Shown: positions 31,371-42,231, counted from the stretch's first letter. The stretch is 64,000 nucleotides of DNA from Rhodothermales bacterium (GCA_965200825.1 OZ241385.1:461276-525275); one strand, 5' to 3'. Notes: generated by a model from the letters alone, not told the origin. Numbers and translations: made by a program.

Positions 31371-32630
31371 ATGGATACTGGATTTATCGTTATTGTTAGT
31401 GGAGTCCTAGTGACAGCAATACTAGTTGTATTTGGTATTGTACGGGCAAATCTCAAAATTTGTCAACCCAACGAGGTGCTCATTTTCAGTGGGCGCCGGC
31501 GCAAAATGAGTGACGGAACCATTGTAGGTTATCGGTTCATCAAGGGAGGACGTGGGTTCAGGATCCCCATTCTGGAACAGGTTGATCGCATTCATCTGAA
31601 TACTATTCCTCTAGATTTGACTGTCCAAAATGCCTATTCAAAAGGGGGAATTCCGCTTACTGTACGGGCGATCGCCAATGTGAAGGTTGCATCAAACGAA
31701 TCGGAGCTCGCCAATGCTGTTGAAAGGCTTCTGGGGAAAAATCCTCATGAAATTCAAATGATTGCAAAAGAAACCTTAGAGGGAAACCTTCGCGGAGTAT
31801 TAGCAACACTCACTCCGGAAGAGGTGAATGAGGATCGGTTAAAATTTGCGAAAGAGCTCTTGGCCGAGGCAGACAATGACTTGAGCAATTTGGGATTACA
31901 GCTCGACACGATGAAGATTCAGAGTGTTGAAGATGATGCAGGCTATCTTGATGCTATCGGACGTCAACAATCCGCTCATATCATTGCTGCAGCCCGGATT
32001 GCCGAGGCAGAAAAACGTGAACAGGCACGATTGGCAGAGACGAATGCAGACAAGAAGATTGAGCAGGCAGAGAATGAGTTACGTATTCTGAAAGCGCAAT
32101 TGTCTGCCAAGAGTGCAGCAGAGGAGGCTCGAATCGAGGTTGCAGCAGAAGTTTCTGCAGCTCAGGCACGGCAACAACTTGCAATGGAAGAGATCAAGCT
32201 TTCGGAAAAAAAGCAGCGTGCCAACGTGATTGTATCCGCCGAGGCTGAGCGCCAGGCAAAAGAAGAAATTGCCAAGGGAAATGCGGCTCGAATTTTTGAA
32301 GATGGACGGGCCGAAGTTGAGGTGTTACGTCAGAAACTCGAGCTATGGAAAGAGGCAGGGCCAAATGCAGAACGACTGTTCTTGATTCAGATGCTACCGG
32401 ATATACTCAGCCAGGTAGTGCAGACGGTTGACAATCTTTCTATTGATAAATTAACAGTGGTGGACAGTGGAAGTGGCAAAGGCATCCCGTCTGTTTTTCA
32501 CCAAATTGCTGGATCCACTCCCGCCCTTCTGGAAAGCCTGAAAGCGTCAACAGGGATTGATATTGCGCATATGCTGAGCGAGGTTTCAGTCAATGATCAA
32601 GATAATGCACTGGATAATCAAGCAGGTTGA
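31371..32630 (+). CDS. Flotillin-like SPFH/band-7 domain protein (FloA/YqiK type)
   Basis: 419 aa. N-terminal TM, SPFH core, long Ala/Glu-rich coiled-coil repeats (EAEKREQARLAE…AEEARIEVAAE…). Confidence 0.8.
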   Translation: MDTGFIVIVSGVLVTAILVVFGIVRANLKICQPNEVLIFSGRRRKMSDGTIVGYRFIKGGRGFRIPILEQVDRIHLNTIPLDLTVQNAYSKGGIPLTVRAIANVKVASNESELANAVERLLGKNPHEIQMIAKETLEGNLRGVLATLTPEEVNEDRLKFAKELLAEADNDLSNLGLQLDTMKIQSVEDDAGYLDAIGRQQSAHIIAAARIAEAEKREQARLAETNADKKIEQAENELRILKAQLSAKSAAEEARIEVAAEVSAAQARQQLAMEEIKLSEKKQRANVIVSAEAERQAKEEIAKGNAARIFEDGRAEVEVLRQKLELWKEAGPNAERLFLIQMLPDILSQVVQTVDNLSIDKLTVVDSGSGKGIPSVFHQIAGSTPALLESLKASTGIDIAHMLSEVSVNDQDNALDNQAG

Positions 32631-32714
32631 TCAGCAATTTCAAGCAGGTTCATGGAGCCATGAAGATTGCTAGGATCCGAAAGGTCATCCCTAACCCGGT
32701 GTACTTTAAATAGA

Positions 32715-35459
32715 TCAGTTTTCAATAATATTGCCCTCCTCGTCGAGCAGAACGACCGGTCCGTAACCTAGCTCTCGAATGCTCGGTTCAATCACATTCA
32801 GATCTCCAACAATCAGCCAGATCATACTACCCGGTTTAAGGACTTCCTTGGCAGCTGATGCAATTGTCTCAACATTCAGCGCACGTACTTCATCAGGGTA
32901 AGTGTCATAGTAATCTTCGGGTAAGTCATATTGGATCAGAGTCTGAATGCTTCCCGCGATTGCTCCATTCGTTTCCCATAATCCTGGCAGAGCTAAGGTT
33001 TGGCTTTCTTGAGCTTTGAGGACTTCATCCTCGGTTGCAGGATTGTTTCCAAGAATTCCCGCCAACTCTCCTTTGATTTCCATCATGGATTCTTTGGTCT
33101 TATCCGTCTGTACGGGGGCATACACCAGGAAGGGGCGCTGTCCACGCGCAGAAAGCAGTAATGAGCTTGCACCGTATGACCAGCCTTTATCCTCGCGCAA
33201 ATTCATATTGATCCGCGAAACAAAAGCGCCTCCCAGAACTGTATTCATTGTCTCAATCCCAATGTTGTTTGGTGTATTGCGTGGAGGTGCGAGGTGGCCA
33301 GCAAGAATGATGGATTGTTGGGCTTCTGGGCGATTCATCAAATATACGCGTGAATCTCCCCCATATGGAACCGATGCAATATTCTTTGAGGGGACTTCTG
33401 CCGGCTGCCAGTCTCCTAAACGATCTTCAATCAGAGGTATGAAGGTAGCCAGGTCAATATCTCCAACAACGATGAGTGTCGCGTTGCTTGGTTTGAACCA
33501 GGTTTTATGATATAATTGAAGATCTGCACGCGTCATATTGGTTACAGATTCCACTGTACCACTACCTGTGAGCGGGTTGCTATATGCATGATCTGTTCCG
33601 TAATAAAGAGTAGGCATTACTCTCAATGCCATCTGGACAGGATTTACCTTTTCACGCTGAATACCAGCGAGGCGTTGTGCTTTCAGTCGGTCAAATTCTG
33701 AATCTGCAAAAGAGGGGTTCAAAATTACATCGGCGAAGAGATCTAGGCTGGGTTCTAGGTTAGCAGTCAGCGATGTGAGATTGACAAGAGAGCCATCCAA
33801 GCCGGTACCAGTACTGAGATTTGATCCAAGATTTGCGAGCCGATCATTGATTTCCAGTGCGGTGAGTGTGGCTGTCCCTTCATCCAACATTGACATGACC
33901 ATACTTGCTGTTCCCGGATTGATTCCCTGATCAGAGGCATATCCCGCATCAAGTACCAGTGAAATGGTGACAGATGGAATTGCTCTGCGTGTTACAAGAA
34001 CAATGTCTAATCCATTACTCAAAGTAGTCCTTTGTAATTCAGGAAAGGTTACTTCCGGCTCAGGGCCAGTTTTCGGAGGTGCAGATCGATCACTTTGCTC
34101 ATCTGATGCTCTAAGTTCAGGAAAGGGATGAACTTCCAGAACATAGACGCCGTCTGAAAGCCATTCTTCGGCAATCTGGCGAACATCTTCGGGAGATGCC
34201 GAATCCTTATCATTGAAAGACTGCAGGTATGCATCGGGGCTCCCGCCATAGATCTCAGAGGATGCCAAAATATCAGATTTTCCACCGAATCCCCCGATTC
34301 GTTCCATACCGTAAATAAAACTCGCTTTTTCCTGGGTGATGACTCTGCGCAGTTCTTCGGATGTTGGCCCATTAGTGATAAATAAAGCCAGTTCTTCGTC
34401 CAGAGCATTCTCAATATCAGAAAGAGGTAAACCTGGACGGGCCGTTGCCTGGATAATAAACTGACTGCCAATACTCCCGGAATAGAGATAGGCACTGACA
34501 TCCGTGGCAATCTGGTCTGTATAGACCAAGCGCTTGTAAAATCTGGAGTTTTTGCCACTGGACAAAACACTTGAGACGAGATCAAGGTGATGAAAGTCCT
34601 GAGAGTGGCGTTCAGGCACATTCCAGACTTTATAAATACGAGACTGAGGTACCCGATCTTGAGTGACTTGACGTTGCTCACCTGTACGCTTTGCGACCCA
34701 AGTGTCAAATTGGGAAACAGGTGGTCCGGGGGGGATATCACCAAAATATTTTTCAGTAAGTGTACGGGCTTCGTTTGCAGTAATATCTCCGGCAATTGAG
34801 ATTACAGCGTTGTTTGGGCCGTAATATGATGTAAACCATTCTTGCATATCCTCTACTTCTGCTGCAGTCAGATCTTCCATAGAGCCGATCACCGTATGCG
34901 CATACGGGTGTCCTTTGGGGTATGTAGCGTTGGTAATATGATTAAATACTTGCCCATAGGGAGCATTTTCGCCTTGACGTTTTTCGTTCTGAACAACTCC
35001 GCGTTGCTCATCAAGCTTCGCTTGATCAATTGCCCCAAGTAAGTGCCCCATTCGATCAGATTCCATCCATAGAACTACATCTACGGCATTCTTGGGTACG
35101 GTCTGGAAATAATTGGTACGATCCCTATTAGTGGTACCGTTTAGATCTGTTGCCCCCAACCGCTCTAGGATTTGGAAGTAGTCATCGTTGAAATTTTCGG
35201 AGCCATTGAACATCAGGTGCTCAAAAAGATGAGCATATCCACTTCGCCCTTCGGGCTCATTTTTGGATCCTACATGATACCAAAGATTGACAGCAACCAA
35301 AGGGGCTTTCCTATCTTCGTGCACAATGACGGTCAAGCCATTCTCTAAGTGAAATTTCTCGTATTCAATTTTGGGTATTTCCATAGTCATTTTTTCCTGC
35401 GCCCGAACACCGGGTACGCATATCAGCAGAATTACAATGGTTGTTAGAAGGTATTTCAT
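32715..35459 (-). CDS. M16 family zinc peptidase (pitrilysin/insulinase-like, tandem M16 modules), secreted
   Basis: Internal start MKYLLTTIVILLICVPGVRAQ (signal peptide). Inverted zinc motif HLFEHLMFNGS (HxxEH). Length about 915 aa, consistent with a double M16 unit. Confidence 0.8.
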   Translation of the reverse strand: MKYLLTTIVILLICVPGVRAQEKMTMEIPKIEYEKFHLENGLTVIVHEDRKAPLVAVNLWYHVGSKNEPEGRSGYAHLFEHLMFNGSENFNDDYFQILERLGATDLNGTTNRDRTNYFQTVPKNAVDVVLWMESDRMGHLLGAIDQAKLDEQRGVVQNEKRQGENAPYGQVFNHITNATYPKGHPYAHTVIGSMEDLTAAEVEDMQEWFTSYYGPNNAVISIAGDITANEARTLTEKYFGDIPPGPPVSQFDTWVAKRTGEQRQVTQDRVPQSRIYKVWNVPERHSQDFHHLDLVSSVLSSGKNSRFYKRLVYTDQIATDVSAYLYSGSIGSQFIIQATARPGLPLSDIENALDEELALFITNGPTSEELRRVITQEKASFIYGMERIGGFGGKSDILASSEIYGGSPDAYLQSFNDKDSASPEDVRQIAEEWLSDGVYVLEVHPFPELRASDEQSDRSAPPKTGPEPEVTFPELQRTTLSNGLDIVLVTRRAIPSVTISLVLDAGYASDQGINPGTASMVMSMLDEGTATLTALEINDRLANLGSNLSTGTGLDGSLVNLTSLTANLEPSLDLFADVILNPSFADSEFDRLKAQRLAGIQREKVNPVQMALRVMPTLYYGTDHAYSNPLTGSGTVESVTNMTRADLQLYHKTWFKPSNATLIVVGDIDLATFIPLIEDRLGDWQPAEVPSKNIASVPYGGDSRVYLMNRPEAQQSIILAGHLAPPRNTPNNIGIETMNTVLGGAFVSRINMNLREDKGWSYGASSLLLSARGQRPFLVYAPVQTDKTKESMMEIKGELAGILGNNPATEDEVLKAQESQTLALPGLWETNGAIAGSIQTLIQYDLPEDYYDTYPDEVRALNVETIASAAKEVLKPGSMIWLIVGDLNVIEPSIRELGYGPVVLLDEEGNIIEN

Positions 35460-35632
35460 GACAAAGCTACGGTTTAGGATTGATACTGCACCTGATATCA
35501 CGCTACGGATCGTTTACGAGGCGTCATTATATGGGTTTCAAGCGGAAGAATTCTGATCTGCTTCGGCTCAAATTTGACTTTCCTGGCACTTTGAGTTCCG
35601 GCACGCCTCAAATTTCCCAACTTAAGATTGAA

Positions 35633-36220
35633 TCAGTTGGTTGTACAGGAAAGGCTGTTATGGTAGGAATTACGCCAAGAAATGTATCCACTAGTGGCCA
35701 GCCCCAAGTATAGGGTATAGAGCAATAATGTAAGGTAAAGTTCAGTGATCGCATAGAGACCGACATAAATTAAATCGGTTATAATCCAGACGAGCCAGCT
35801 TTCGAGTATTTTTCGGGTAGCCATCCAACTCGCAACCACACTCAATGCGGTTGTGATGCCTTCGAGCAATGGTTGATCTGATGCAGTAATGAATTTGAGC
35901 GCGAGTGTAAATCCCATGATTCCCAACGCGGTGAGTACGAAAAGAATCAGGCCAGTTTTAAGATGAAGCTTGGTGACCTCCAAAGTTCCTCCCTCCGGGC
36001 CGCCAGTCAACCAAGATTTCCATCCATAAAAGGAAATTCCAATGAACAACCCCTGCAGTAGCATCGTGGTGTAGAGGCGTGCATTAAAGAACACAATTCC
36101 GAAAAGGATACTGCTGATTATCGCCACTGGCCACGTCCAGATATTTTGCCGAGTATTAAGCCATACGCATAGGATTCCCGTAATTACAGCAATTCCCTCA
36201 AGAAGAGTGTCCCAACTCAT
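35633..36220 (-). CDS. pnuC: Nicotinamide riboside transporter PnuC
   Basis: 195 aa, 7-8 TM. Motifs …WLNTRQNIWTWP…, YGW..W, …DLIYVGLY… characteristic of PnuC. Confidence 0.65.
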   Translation of the reverse strand: MSWDTLLEGIAVITGILCVWLNTRQNIWTWPVAIISSILFGIVFFNARLYTTMLLQGLFIGISFYGWKSWLTGGPEGGTLEVTKLHLKTGLILFVLTALGIMGFTLALKFITASDQPLLEGITTALSVVASWMATRKILESWLVWIITDLIYVGLYAITELYLTLLLYTLYLGLATSGYISWRNSYHNSLSCTTN

Positions 36221-37419
36221 GGAATTTTGACAACATAAGCTTTTCCTGCATTCACGCCACTGGCTGCACCAATGAGGGCAGTATTACCATGCAAATCAAT
36301 TGAACTCCCGAATGCAGCTTCTCCAATGTCAATGATTCCCTGATATTGCCACTGATCATTGTCACGTGCATATATATAGACTACACGGTCCACATTGTAA
36401 TTCAGGTGTAGTTGTTCATCGTAGCCAACTACCAATGCGCGATCTTCATAGATTGCGACCTCTGTACCAAAAGCCCCTTTCCGATAGGGAGTAGGGGGCT
36501 CCAATGTTGCTGTTTTTTCCCAAACACCAGTTGAATCTTGCGCAAATAATGTGGCTTGCCCAGATTCTCGAGAACCGGATCGGGCCTGTCCAATAATCAA
36601 CTCATTCTCGTATAGGTCAAGGGAAATAAAAAAATCCTGAATTCCCCCGAGTCGGGCAACCTCGGACCAAGATCCAGATTGATCCAATCCAAACAGATAC
36701 ACAGATCCAGCCCCGCGGCCGAAGTAGCTACTACTGGCAACTGCCAGGAAGTTTTGGTAGAGAGCAGCATTTCCTCCAAAAACGCCTCTTTGAATGTTGC
36801 CAGATCCGACTAATCGTTGTTCCAAGATCCATTTTCCAGCATTCTTTTTGTAGATATAGGCAGCTCCGTCTATCTCGTTACCGGGCGACAGATTTCCACT
36901 GGTTGTAAAGAGCGCACGGTCATGATAGACTGCAACGTCTGCCCCCGCTGCCCCTTCTTGTTGCTCACGTGTGTCACCGGTAAGTCTTTCGGTCTGAATC
37001 CATTTCCCTGGCTCAATCTCTTCGTACACATAGACGGCATTGGAATGTTCATCGCCGAAGAATTCCCGACTTGCTGCCACTAGAACAACAGATCCGTCAA
37101 TAGCGACCTTCTTGCCAAAGGCAAGCCCTTTCTCGCAGTCTTGTGGAACAAGCCGAGCCACTTGCATCCAGGATTCGGTAGAATCATTCACTTCATAGAT
37201 ATAAGCTGCCCCACTTCCTGCATCACACGACCGTTCGCCACTTGCTCCGACAACAGCCCGTTTCCCATCAAGAGCCACGGAAGTCCCAAAGTAGTTGCCA
37301 CTCGTGGTATCAGCATAGGGAAGTCTTGTGATCTGTGCCTCCACACAGAATGCAATACTGAATCCCCAAACAAATAATACAGTAATTCTCCACGAGATGT
37401 AGACTAAAAAACCCTTCAT
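36217..37419 (-). CDS. Secreted FG-GAP repeat (integrin-alpha-like beta-propeller) protein
   Basis: Start at MKGFLVYISW… (signal). Repeated YFGTSVALDG…, AFGKKVAIDG…, VFGGNAALY…, AFGTEVAIY…, AFGSSIDLHG… FG-GAP units. 4-bp overlap with the pnuC end. Confidence 0.6.
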   Translation of the reverse strand: MKGFLVYISWRITVLFVWGFSIAFCVEAQITRLPYADTTSGNYFGTSVALDGKRAVVGASGERSCDAGSGAAYIYEVNDSTESWMQVARLVPQDCEKGLAFGKKVAIDGSVVLVAASREFFGDEHSNAVYVYEEIEPGKWIQTERLTGDTREQQEGAAGADVAVYHDRALFTTSGNLSPGNEIDGAAYIYKKNAGKWILEQRLVGSGNIQRGVFGGNAALYQNFLAVASSSYFGRGAGSVYLFGLDQSGSWSEVARLGGIQDFFISLDLYENELIIGQARSGSRESGQATLFAQDSTGVWEKTATLEPPTPYRKGAFGTEVAIYEDRALVVGYDEQLHLNYNVDRVVYIYARDNDQWQYQGIIDIGEAAFGSSIDLHGNTALIGAASGVNAGKAYVVKIP

Positions 37420-37557
37420 TGTATAGATTCCATAGGGGATTATATACGTGAGTAACCAATGGTATGGAACTTTGATAAGATGCACGAGTATACGGACACA
37501 ATAAGCAGGAGTAGGATCCTGCCTATTGCTTATCATAGCATCATCTACAGTGATACC

Positions 37558-38802
37558 ATGCCCGCGAGGGATTCAAAGAAGAACGAACAGGACTGTTCCT
37601 ACCGAGGAATTGAGTACCGTCTCTGTCCGGGTTCGCAAAGCAAGGCCAAGAATCTGGCTGGATTAGCCGGTGCATGTCGGTTTGTATGGAATGAGATTCT
37701 TGCCGAATGCAATGAAGAGTATAAAGATGAAACCAAAGAAAATCCTAAGTTGACCTATTTTTCTCTGGGGAAGCGGTTTACCAAGTTACGCCATTCTGTA
37801 TCGTGGTTAGGAGGTTATTCTGCGAATATTGTTAAGTACACATTGAAAGATCAAGCAGACGCGTGGCAGAAGTATTTTAAGGGTACGGCGAGCCGTCCTG
37901 ATTTCCATAAGAAGCATAAGCATACGGATTCGTTTACAGCAACAAAAGGATTGTTCAAGATTGTAGATGATAGTGTATACATCCAAAAGGTTGGCTGGAT
38001 GAAGTTCAGGCGCAATGGAGGGAATCCATACCCGGACGGTGAGCCGATTGAGTTGACAGTAAAGAAAGAGGGGCGGTACTGGAAGATGAGCGTGATTTAT
38101 AAGATTCCAACTCCGGAAAAGACGGAGAACGGCGTGGCTGTTGGTGTGGATCTAAATACGTACAACGTGGCCTGGACGTCTTCGGAAGGAGATCAGGGAA
38201 TGCTACCCATTGAGAAACCAGATATAAAAGAGATTCGGATCAAGCGCTATCAGAGGAAATTAGCAAGGCAGAAGAAAGGCTCGAACCGTAGAGCTGTAAC
38301 CAAGCGCAAGATTGCCAAGTGGAAACGAAAACAGAAAAACACTCGAAAGAATCAGGATCATCACAACAGCAAGGCATTGGCACGGAAGGCTGAAACTCTG
38401 GTACGGGAAGATCTGGGTATCCAGAGGATGTCCAAGAGTGCCAAGGGAACGGTAGAAAATCCCGGCAAGAATGTGAAAGCGAAGTCAGGGCTAAACCGCG
38501 TGATCCTGAACTCTTCATGGGGGCGATTTAACCGGTATTGTGACTACAAATTCAGCAAAGTAATTACCGTGGATCCAAAATATACGTCTCAGACCTGCAA
38601 TCAGTGTGGACACGTAGCAAAGGATAACCGAAAGACACAGAGTAGATTTAAGTGTATGGCCTGTGGCCATGCGGACCATGCAGATCTGAACGCGTCTGCA
38701 AATATCTTGGCCTCCGGGATTGGGGCTACTGGGCGTGGGAGGGGCGTTTCCGTTAGGAACCCCATTGATCCGTCAAATGGATACGGTTATTCACGTATAT
38801 AA
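37558..38802 (+). CDS. tnpB: TnpB (IS200/IS605-family OrfB, RuvC-like RNA-guided nuclease), solo IS1341-like element without tnpA
   Basis: …IEYRLCPGSQSKAKNLAGLAGACRFVWNEIL… N-terminal region, and a C-terminal zinc finger CNQCGH…KCMACGHADHADLNASANI within a RuvC-III motif. No Y1 transposase is adjacent. Confidence 0.8.
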   Translation: MPARDSKKNEQDCSYRGIEYRLCPGSQSKAKNLAGLAGACRFVWNEILAECNEEYKDETKENPKLTYFSLGKRFTKLRHSVSWLGGYSANIVKYTLKDQADAWQKYFKGTASRPDFHKKHKHTDSFTATKGLFKIVDDSVYIQKVGWMKFRRNGGNPYPDGEPIELTVKKEGRYWKMSVIYKIPTPEKTENGVAVGVDLNTYNVAWTSSEGDQGMLPIEKPDIKEIRIKRYQRKLARQKKGSNRRAVTKRKIAKWKRKQKNTRKNQDHHNSKALARKAETLVREDLGIQRMSKSAKGTVENPGKNVKAKSGLNRVILNSSWGRFNRYCDYKFSKVITVDPKYTSQTCNQCGHVAKDNRKTQSRFKCMACGHADHADLNASANILASGIGATGRGRGVSVRNPIDPSNGYGYSRI

Positions 38803-40788
38803 TTCCCATTCCATAAGTGTTTCCCAATTTGCATATAATTCGTTTAATTCCCTTTCAATCTCTGCATATGCAGCACTGGCTTCCTGTGACCGTACAGGGT
38901 CTGCGTAGGTAGCTGGATCAGCCAGAGTTTTCTCTGCTTCGCGTTTTCTTAGTTCTGCATCCGCAATGGCACTCTCTGCTTCATCACAGAGCCATTTTAA
39001 CTGATGGGGAGTGAGTTCATCAGGACTGGAGCGGCCATTTATTCTGGCTTCTCGATAGGCTCTATTGCGTGCCTCTGCTTCCCGCCTCTTTTCTTCTTTG
39101 GTTTTAGGGCCGCCGGATCGGGGTTTAGAGATAGGTTCGTGACGTGTTTTCTGAATCTGTTTGACTTGACGAAGAGAGCCATGGTCAAGTGCCCAGCGAT
39201 ATTCAGAATAGGTCCCATCATATATACGAATTTTCTGGTCTCCCACATGCCAAATTACATTGGCCACATGATCCAGAAAATGTCGGTCATGGCTTACCAC
39301 TACAAAGGTGCCAGCATATTGACGCAGAGCCTCAATTAACACTTTGATGGACTGAATATCCAGGTGGTTGGTCGGCTCGTCCAAGATCAGAAAATTCGCC
39401 GGATTGACGAGTGTCCGTGCAAGTGCCAAACGACTCTTTTCACCTCCAGAGAGGACATGAACTGGCTTAAATACGTCATCTCCAGTAAAAAGAAACGCTC
39501 CAAGTAGAGTGCGCAGATAGACTTCCTCACGTCCAATTGCTTCTCTTTCAAGAGATTCCAGCACCGTATCGGTTGAGATCAATTCATCTGCTTGGTGCTG
39601 GGCAAAGAAACGTACATTTACATTATGACCTTTTTTGCGATCACCTTGAATGGACTCACTTCCATAGAGAATTCTTGCCAGAGTTGACTTTCCGGCACCA
39701 TTTTTTCCGATCAGGGCAATTTTCTGGCCGCGATTGATTTCCAAAGGGCCTGCTTGATCAAATACGCTCACACTCGGCTCATCTGTGCTTGGATATATCT
39801 TTGAGAATTGGCCAAGAGATAAGACGACGCGTCCGGATGGGGGCGGGGCGGGGAACCGTATACGAATCTGTGCATCCGGTGATTCTGGCGCAGGAATGCG
39901 TTCCAGTTTTTCAAGGTGCTTAATTCGGCTTTGAACTTGTCGTGCTTTTGAAGCCTTGTATCTGAAGCGCGCAATGAATCGTTCGGCTTGCTGAATTTCC
40001 CGCTGTTGATTTTCATAGGAAGCCTGCTCCAGGACACGGCGTTTTTCCCGCTCAACGAGAAAAAAATCATAATTGCCAGCATACTCCGTGACGCGCCCTT
40101 GGTATAGATGGGCCACGGTGTCAATCATTCGGTTAAGGAAGTACCGGTCATGTGAAACCAGAATGACAGTACCGGAATAGCTTTTGAGGTATTTTTCTAA
40201 CCAGTCAATGCTCAGGATATCCAAATGGTTCGTAGGCTCATCAAGTAGTAGCAAATCCGGTTTTTGGAGCAGAATTTGAGCCAACGCCACACGCATTCGA
40301 TATCCTCCCGAGAGAGTTTCTATGGGACGATTGAGGTCATCAGTTGCAAAGCCCAAGCCTTCCAGAACAGATTCCGCACGCGCTTGGGCAGAATGAGCTC
40401 CTTGAATGGCTAATCGCTCGTGAATTAACTCTAATTCCGAAAGAATCTTATGATGATTAGTATCTGGATTTTCGAGAGCTTGAGTCAACTCTGTTTCCCG
40501 TGCCTGCAGAGATTCAATAGAGTCAAAAGCGGTCAGTGCTTCTTCAATAACAGATCGGCCAGATGCCAGATCTTGAACATCCTGGGATAGGTATCCAACT
40601 GATCCGGAACGGGAAACTTGGCCTGTATCGGGAGTTAATTTTTCTCCGATTACGCGCAACAGAGTTGTTTTTCCGGCGCCATTGGGGCCAATCAGTCCGA
40701 TGCGTTTTCCATCTCCAACGGTCCAGGTGAGTTCGTTGAGAATTGGGTTCCCCCCGAGTGTAACTGCAATACTCTGTAGCTGAATCAA
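38791..40788 (-). CDS. ABC-F family ATPase (Uup/EttA-like, two ABC domains plus C-terminal coiled-coil domain)
   Basis: Two Walker A motifs (GPNGAGKTT; GKNGAGKST), two LSGG signatures, inter-domain linker, charged C-terminal tail. Confidence 0.85.
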   Translation of the reverse strand: MIQLQSIAVTLGGNPILNELTWTVGDGKRIGLIGPNGAGKTTLLRVIGEKLTPDTGQVSRSGSVGYLSQDVQDLASGRSVIEEALTAFDSIESLQARETELTQALENPDTNHHKILSELELIHERLAIQGAHSAQARAESVLEGLGFATDDLNRPIETLSGGYRMRVALAQILLQKPDLLLLDEPTNHLDILSIDWLEKYLKSYSGTVILVSHDRYFLNRMIDTVAHLYQGRVTEYAGNYDFFLVEREKRRVLEQASYENQQREIQQAERFIARFRYKASKARQVQSRIKHLEKLERIPAPESPDAQIRIRFPAPPPSGRVVLSLGQFSKIYPSTDEPSVSVFDQAGPLEINRGQKIALIGKNGAGKSTLARILYGSESIQGDRKKGHNVNVRFFAQHQADELISTDTVLESLEREAIGREEVYLRTLLGAFLFTGDDVFKPVHVLSGGEKSRLALARTLVNPANFLILDEPTNHLDIQSIKVLIEALRQYAGTFVVVSHDRHFLDHVANVIWHVGDQKIRIYDGTYSEYRWALDHGSLRQVKQIQKTRHEPISKPRSGGPKTKEEKRREAEARNRAYREARINGRSSPDELTPHQLKWLCDEAESAIADAELRKREAEKTLADPATYADPVRSQEASAAYAEIERELNELYANWETLMEWELYT

Positions 40789-40797
40789 AGCTATAAA

Positions 40798-42195
40798 TCA
40801 ATATGCGTTTCGATTGACAAATCCTTTCCAGACGGTCAGGATCATAATCTTTACATCCAAGAGCAGAGACCAGTTTTGGATATAATACAGGTCATGCTGG
40901 ATTCGCTTCTCCAGAGAAGTATTTCCGCGCCATCCATTAACCTGTGCCCATCCGGTTATTCCCGCTTTCATTTTATGTCGTTGCATATATCTTGGAATTC
41001 GATCCTTGAAATCTTTGATGAATACCGGCCGTTCAGGGCGAGGTCCTACGACAGACATGTCTCCTTTTAGTACATTGATGAATTGAGGTAATTCATCCAA
41101 GGAAGTACGCCGGAGGATTTTTCCGAGTGGGGTTGCACGGTTTTCGTCTTTTTTCGCCCAGACAGCCCCAGAATCCTGTTCTGCTGTTACGGGCATTGAA
41201 CGAAATTTCAGCATGTTGAAGCACTTTCCATTAAGGCCCATACGCTCCTGTTTGTAAAGTACAGGCCCTTTCGATGAGAGCAGGACCAGCAGAGATATAA
41301 CCAAAAGAAGAGGGGAAAGGATAATCAGGACTAATAACGAAAAAGCAACGTCTACACTACGCTTCACGAATCGACGAAAATCCATGGGTGTTTCATCAAT
41401 AATATGCAGGACTGGAAGGCCATCTACGTCCGTAATACGACTATTGATAATGTCGTGCTGCAAAAGATCCGGGACTAAGCAAACATGTACTAAACGTGAC
41501 GAAAGTGAACTGAGTAGTTTTTCGATTTTACCTACCGCCTGAAGTGGTAGAGCAATATAAACGTAATCGATGGGGTCCGTGGCCGAGTCAAGCAGTGGAA
41601 GCACATCCTCCACTTTGCCGAGAACATCAGGTTCATCAATTTTATGGTCATCCAGGAACCCAATCACCTGAAATCCCATCCAAGGATATAATTCAAAGGA
41701 TTTTTCCAGACGCCGACCCGCAGTTCCAGCACCAACAATAAGAACACGTCGCAGGTTACGCCCATTCCTGCGGGCATTACGAACATAGTAGTAAATGCAG
41801 AGTCGCAGGCTCAGCATGGAGAGTGGTGTCAATGTCGCAAAGAGTAGAATCGTCAGACGTGAAACATTAAAGTCACGATAAAAGGATAAGAACGCCATCG
41901 AGACAATCAGGGCTAATCCGACTGATTTGGCCACACTTCGAATGAGGCTAGTCCAGCGCTGTGCCCTATCAGGCACATATAGGCCTGATGCCCAGAATGT
42001 GAGTGCAGCAGAAATCAGAATCCAGGGAAAGAATGTCAGATATCTGCTCAGCGGATGCCATTCCGGAAGCGGGATTGGCCAAGTGACAAAAACTTCAAAC
42101 CGAAGATAGTACGCTGCAATCCAGGCGCTTCCTACGAGGATCATATCCGCGAAGAACAGCAATTGTTGATAAAATCTGCTTTGTTCCTGCAACAT
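40798..42195 (-). CDS. Undecaprenyl-phosphate sugar phosphotransferase (WbaP/WcaJ-type exopolysaccharide priming enzyme)
   Basis: 465 aa. N-terminal TM bundle, Rossmann-like CoA-binding region, C-terminal bacterial sugar transferase domain …DELPQFINVLKGDMSVVGPRPERP…. Confidence 0.85.
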   Translation of the reverse strand: MLQEQSRFYQQLLFFADMILVGSAWIAAYYLRFEVFVTWPIPLPEWHPLSRYLTFFPWILISAALTFWASGLYVPDRAQRWTSLIRSVAKSVGLALIVSMAFLSFYRDFNVSRLTILLFATLTPLSMLSLRLCIYYYVRNARRNGRNLRRVLIVGAGTAGRRLEKSFELYPWMGFQVIGFLDDHKIDEPDVLGKVEDVLPLLDSATDPIDYVYIALPLQAVGKIEKLLSSLSSRLVHVCLVPDLLQHDIINSRITDVDGLPVLHIIDETPMDFRRFVKRSVDVAFSLLVLIILSPLLLVISLLVLLSSKGPVLYKQERMGLNGKCFNMLKFRSMPVTAEQDSGAVWAKKDENRATPLGKILRRTSLDELPQFINVLKGDMSVVGPRPERPVFIKDFKDRIPRYMQRHKMKAGITGWAQVNGWRGNTSLEKRIQHDLYYIQNWSLLLDVKIMILTVWKGFVNRNAY

Positions 42196-42231
42196 GGAGG
42201 GCTTCTGTTGTAGACGAGTACTCTTAGTAGG

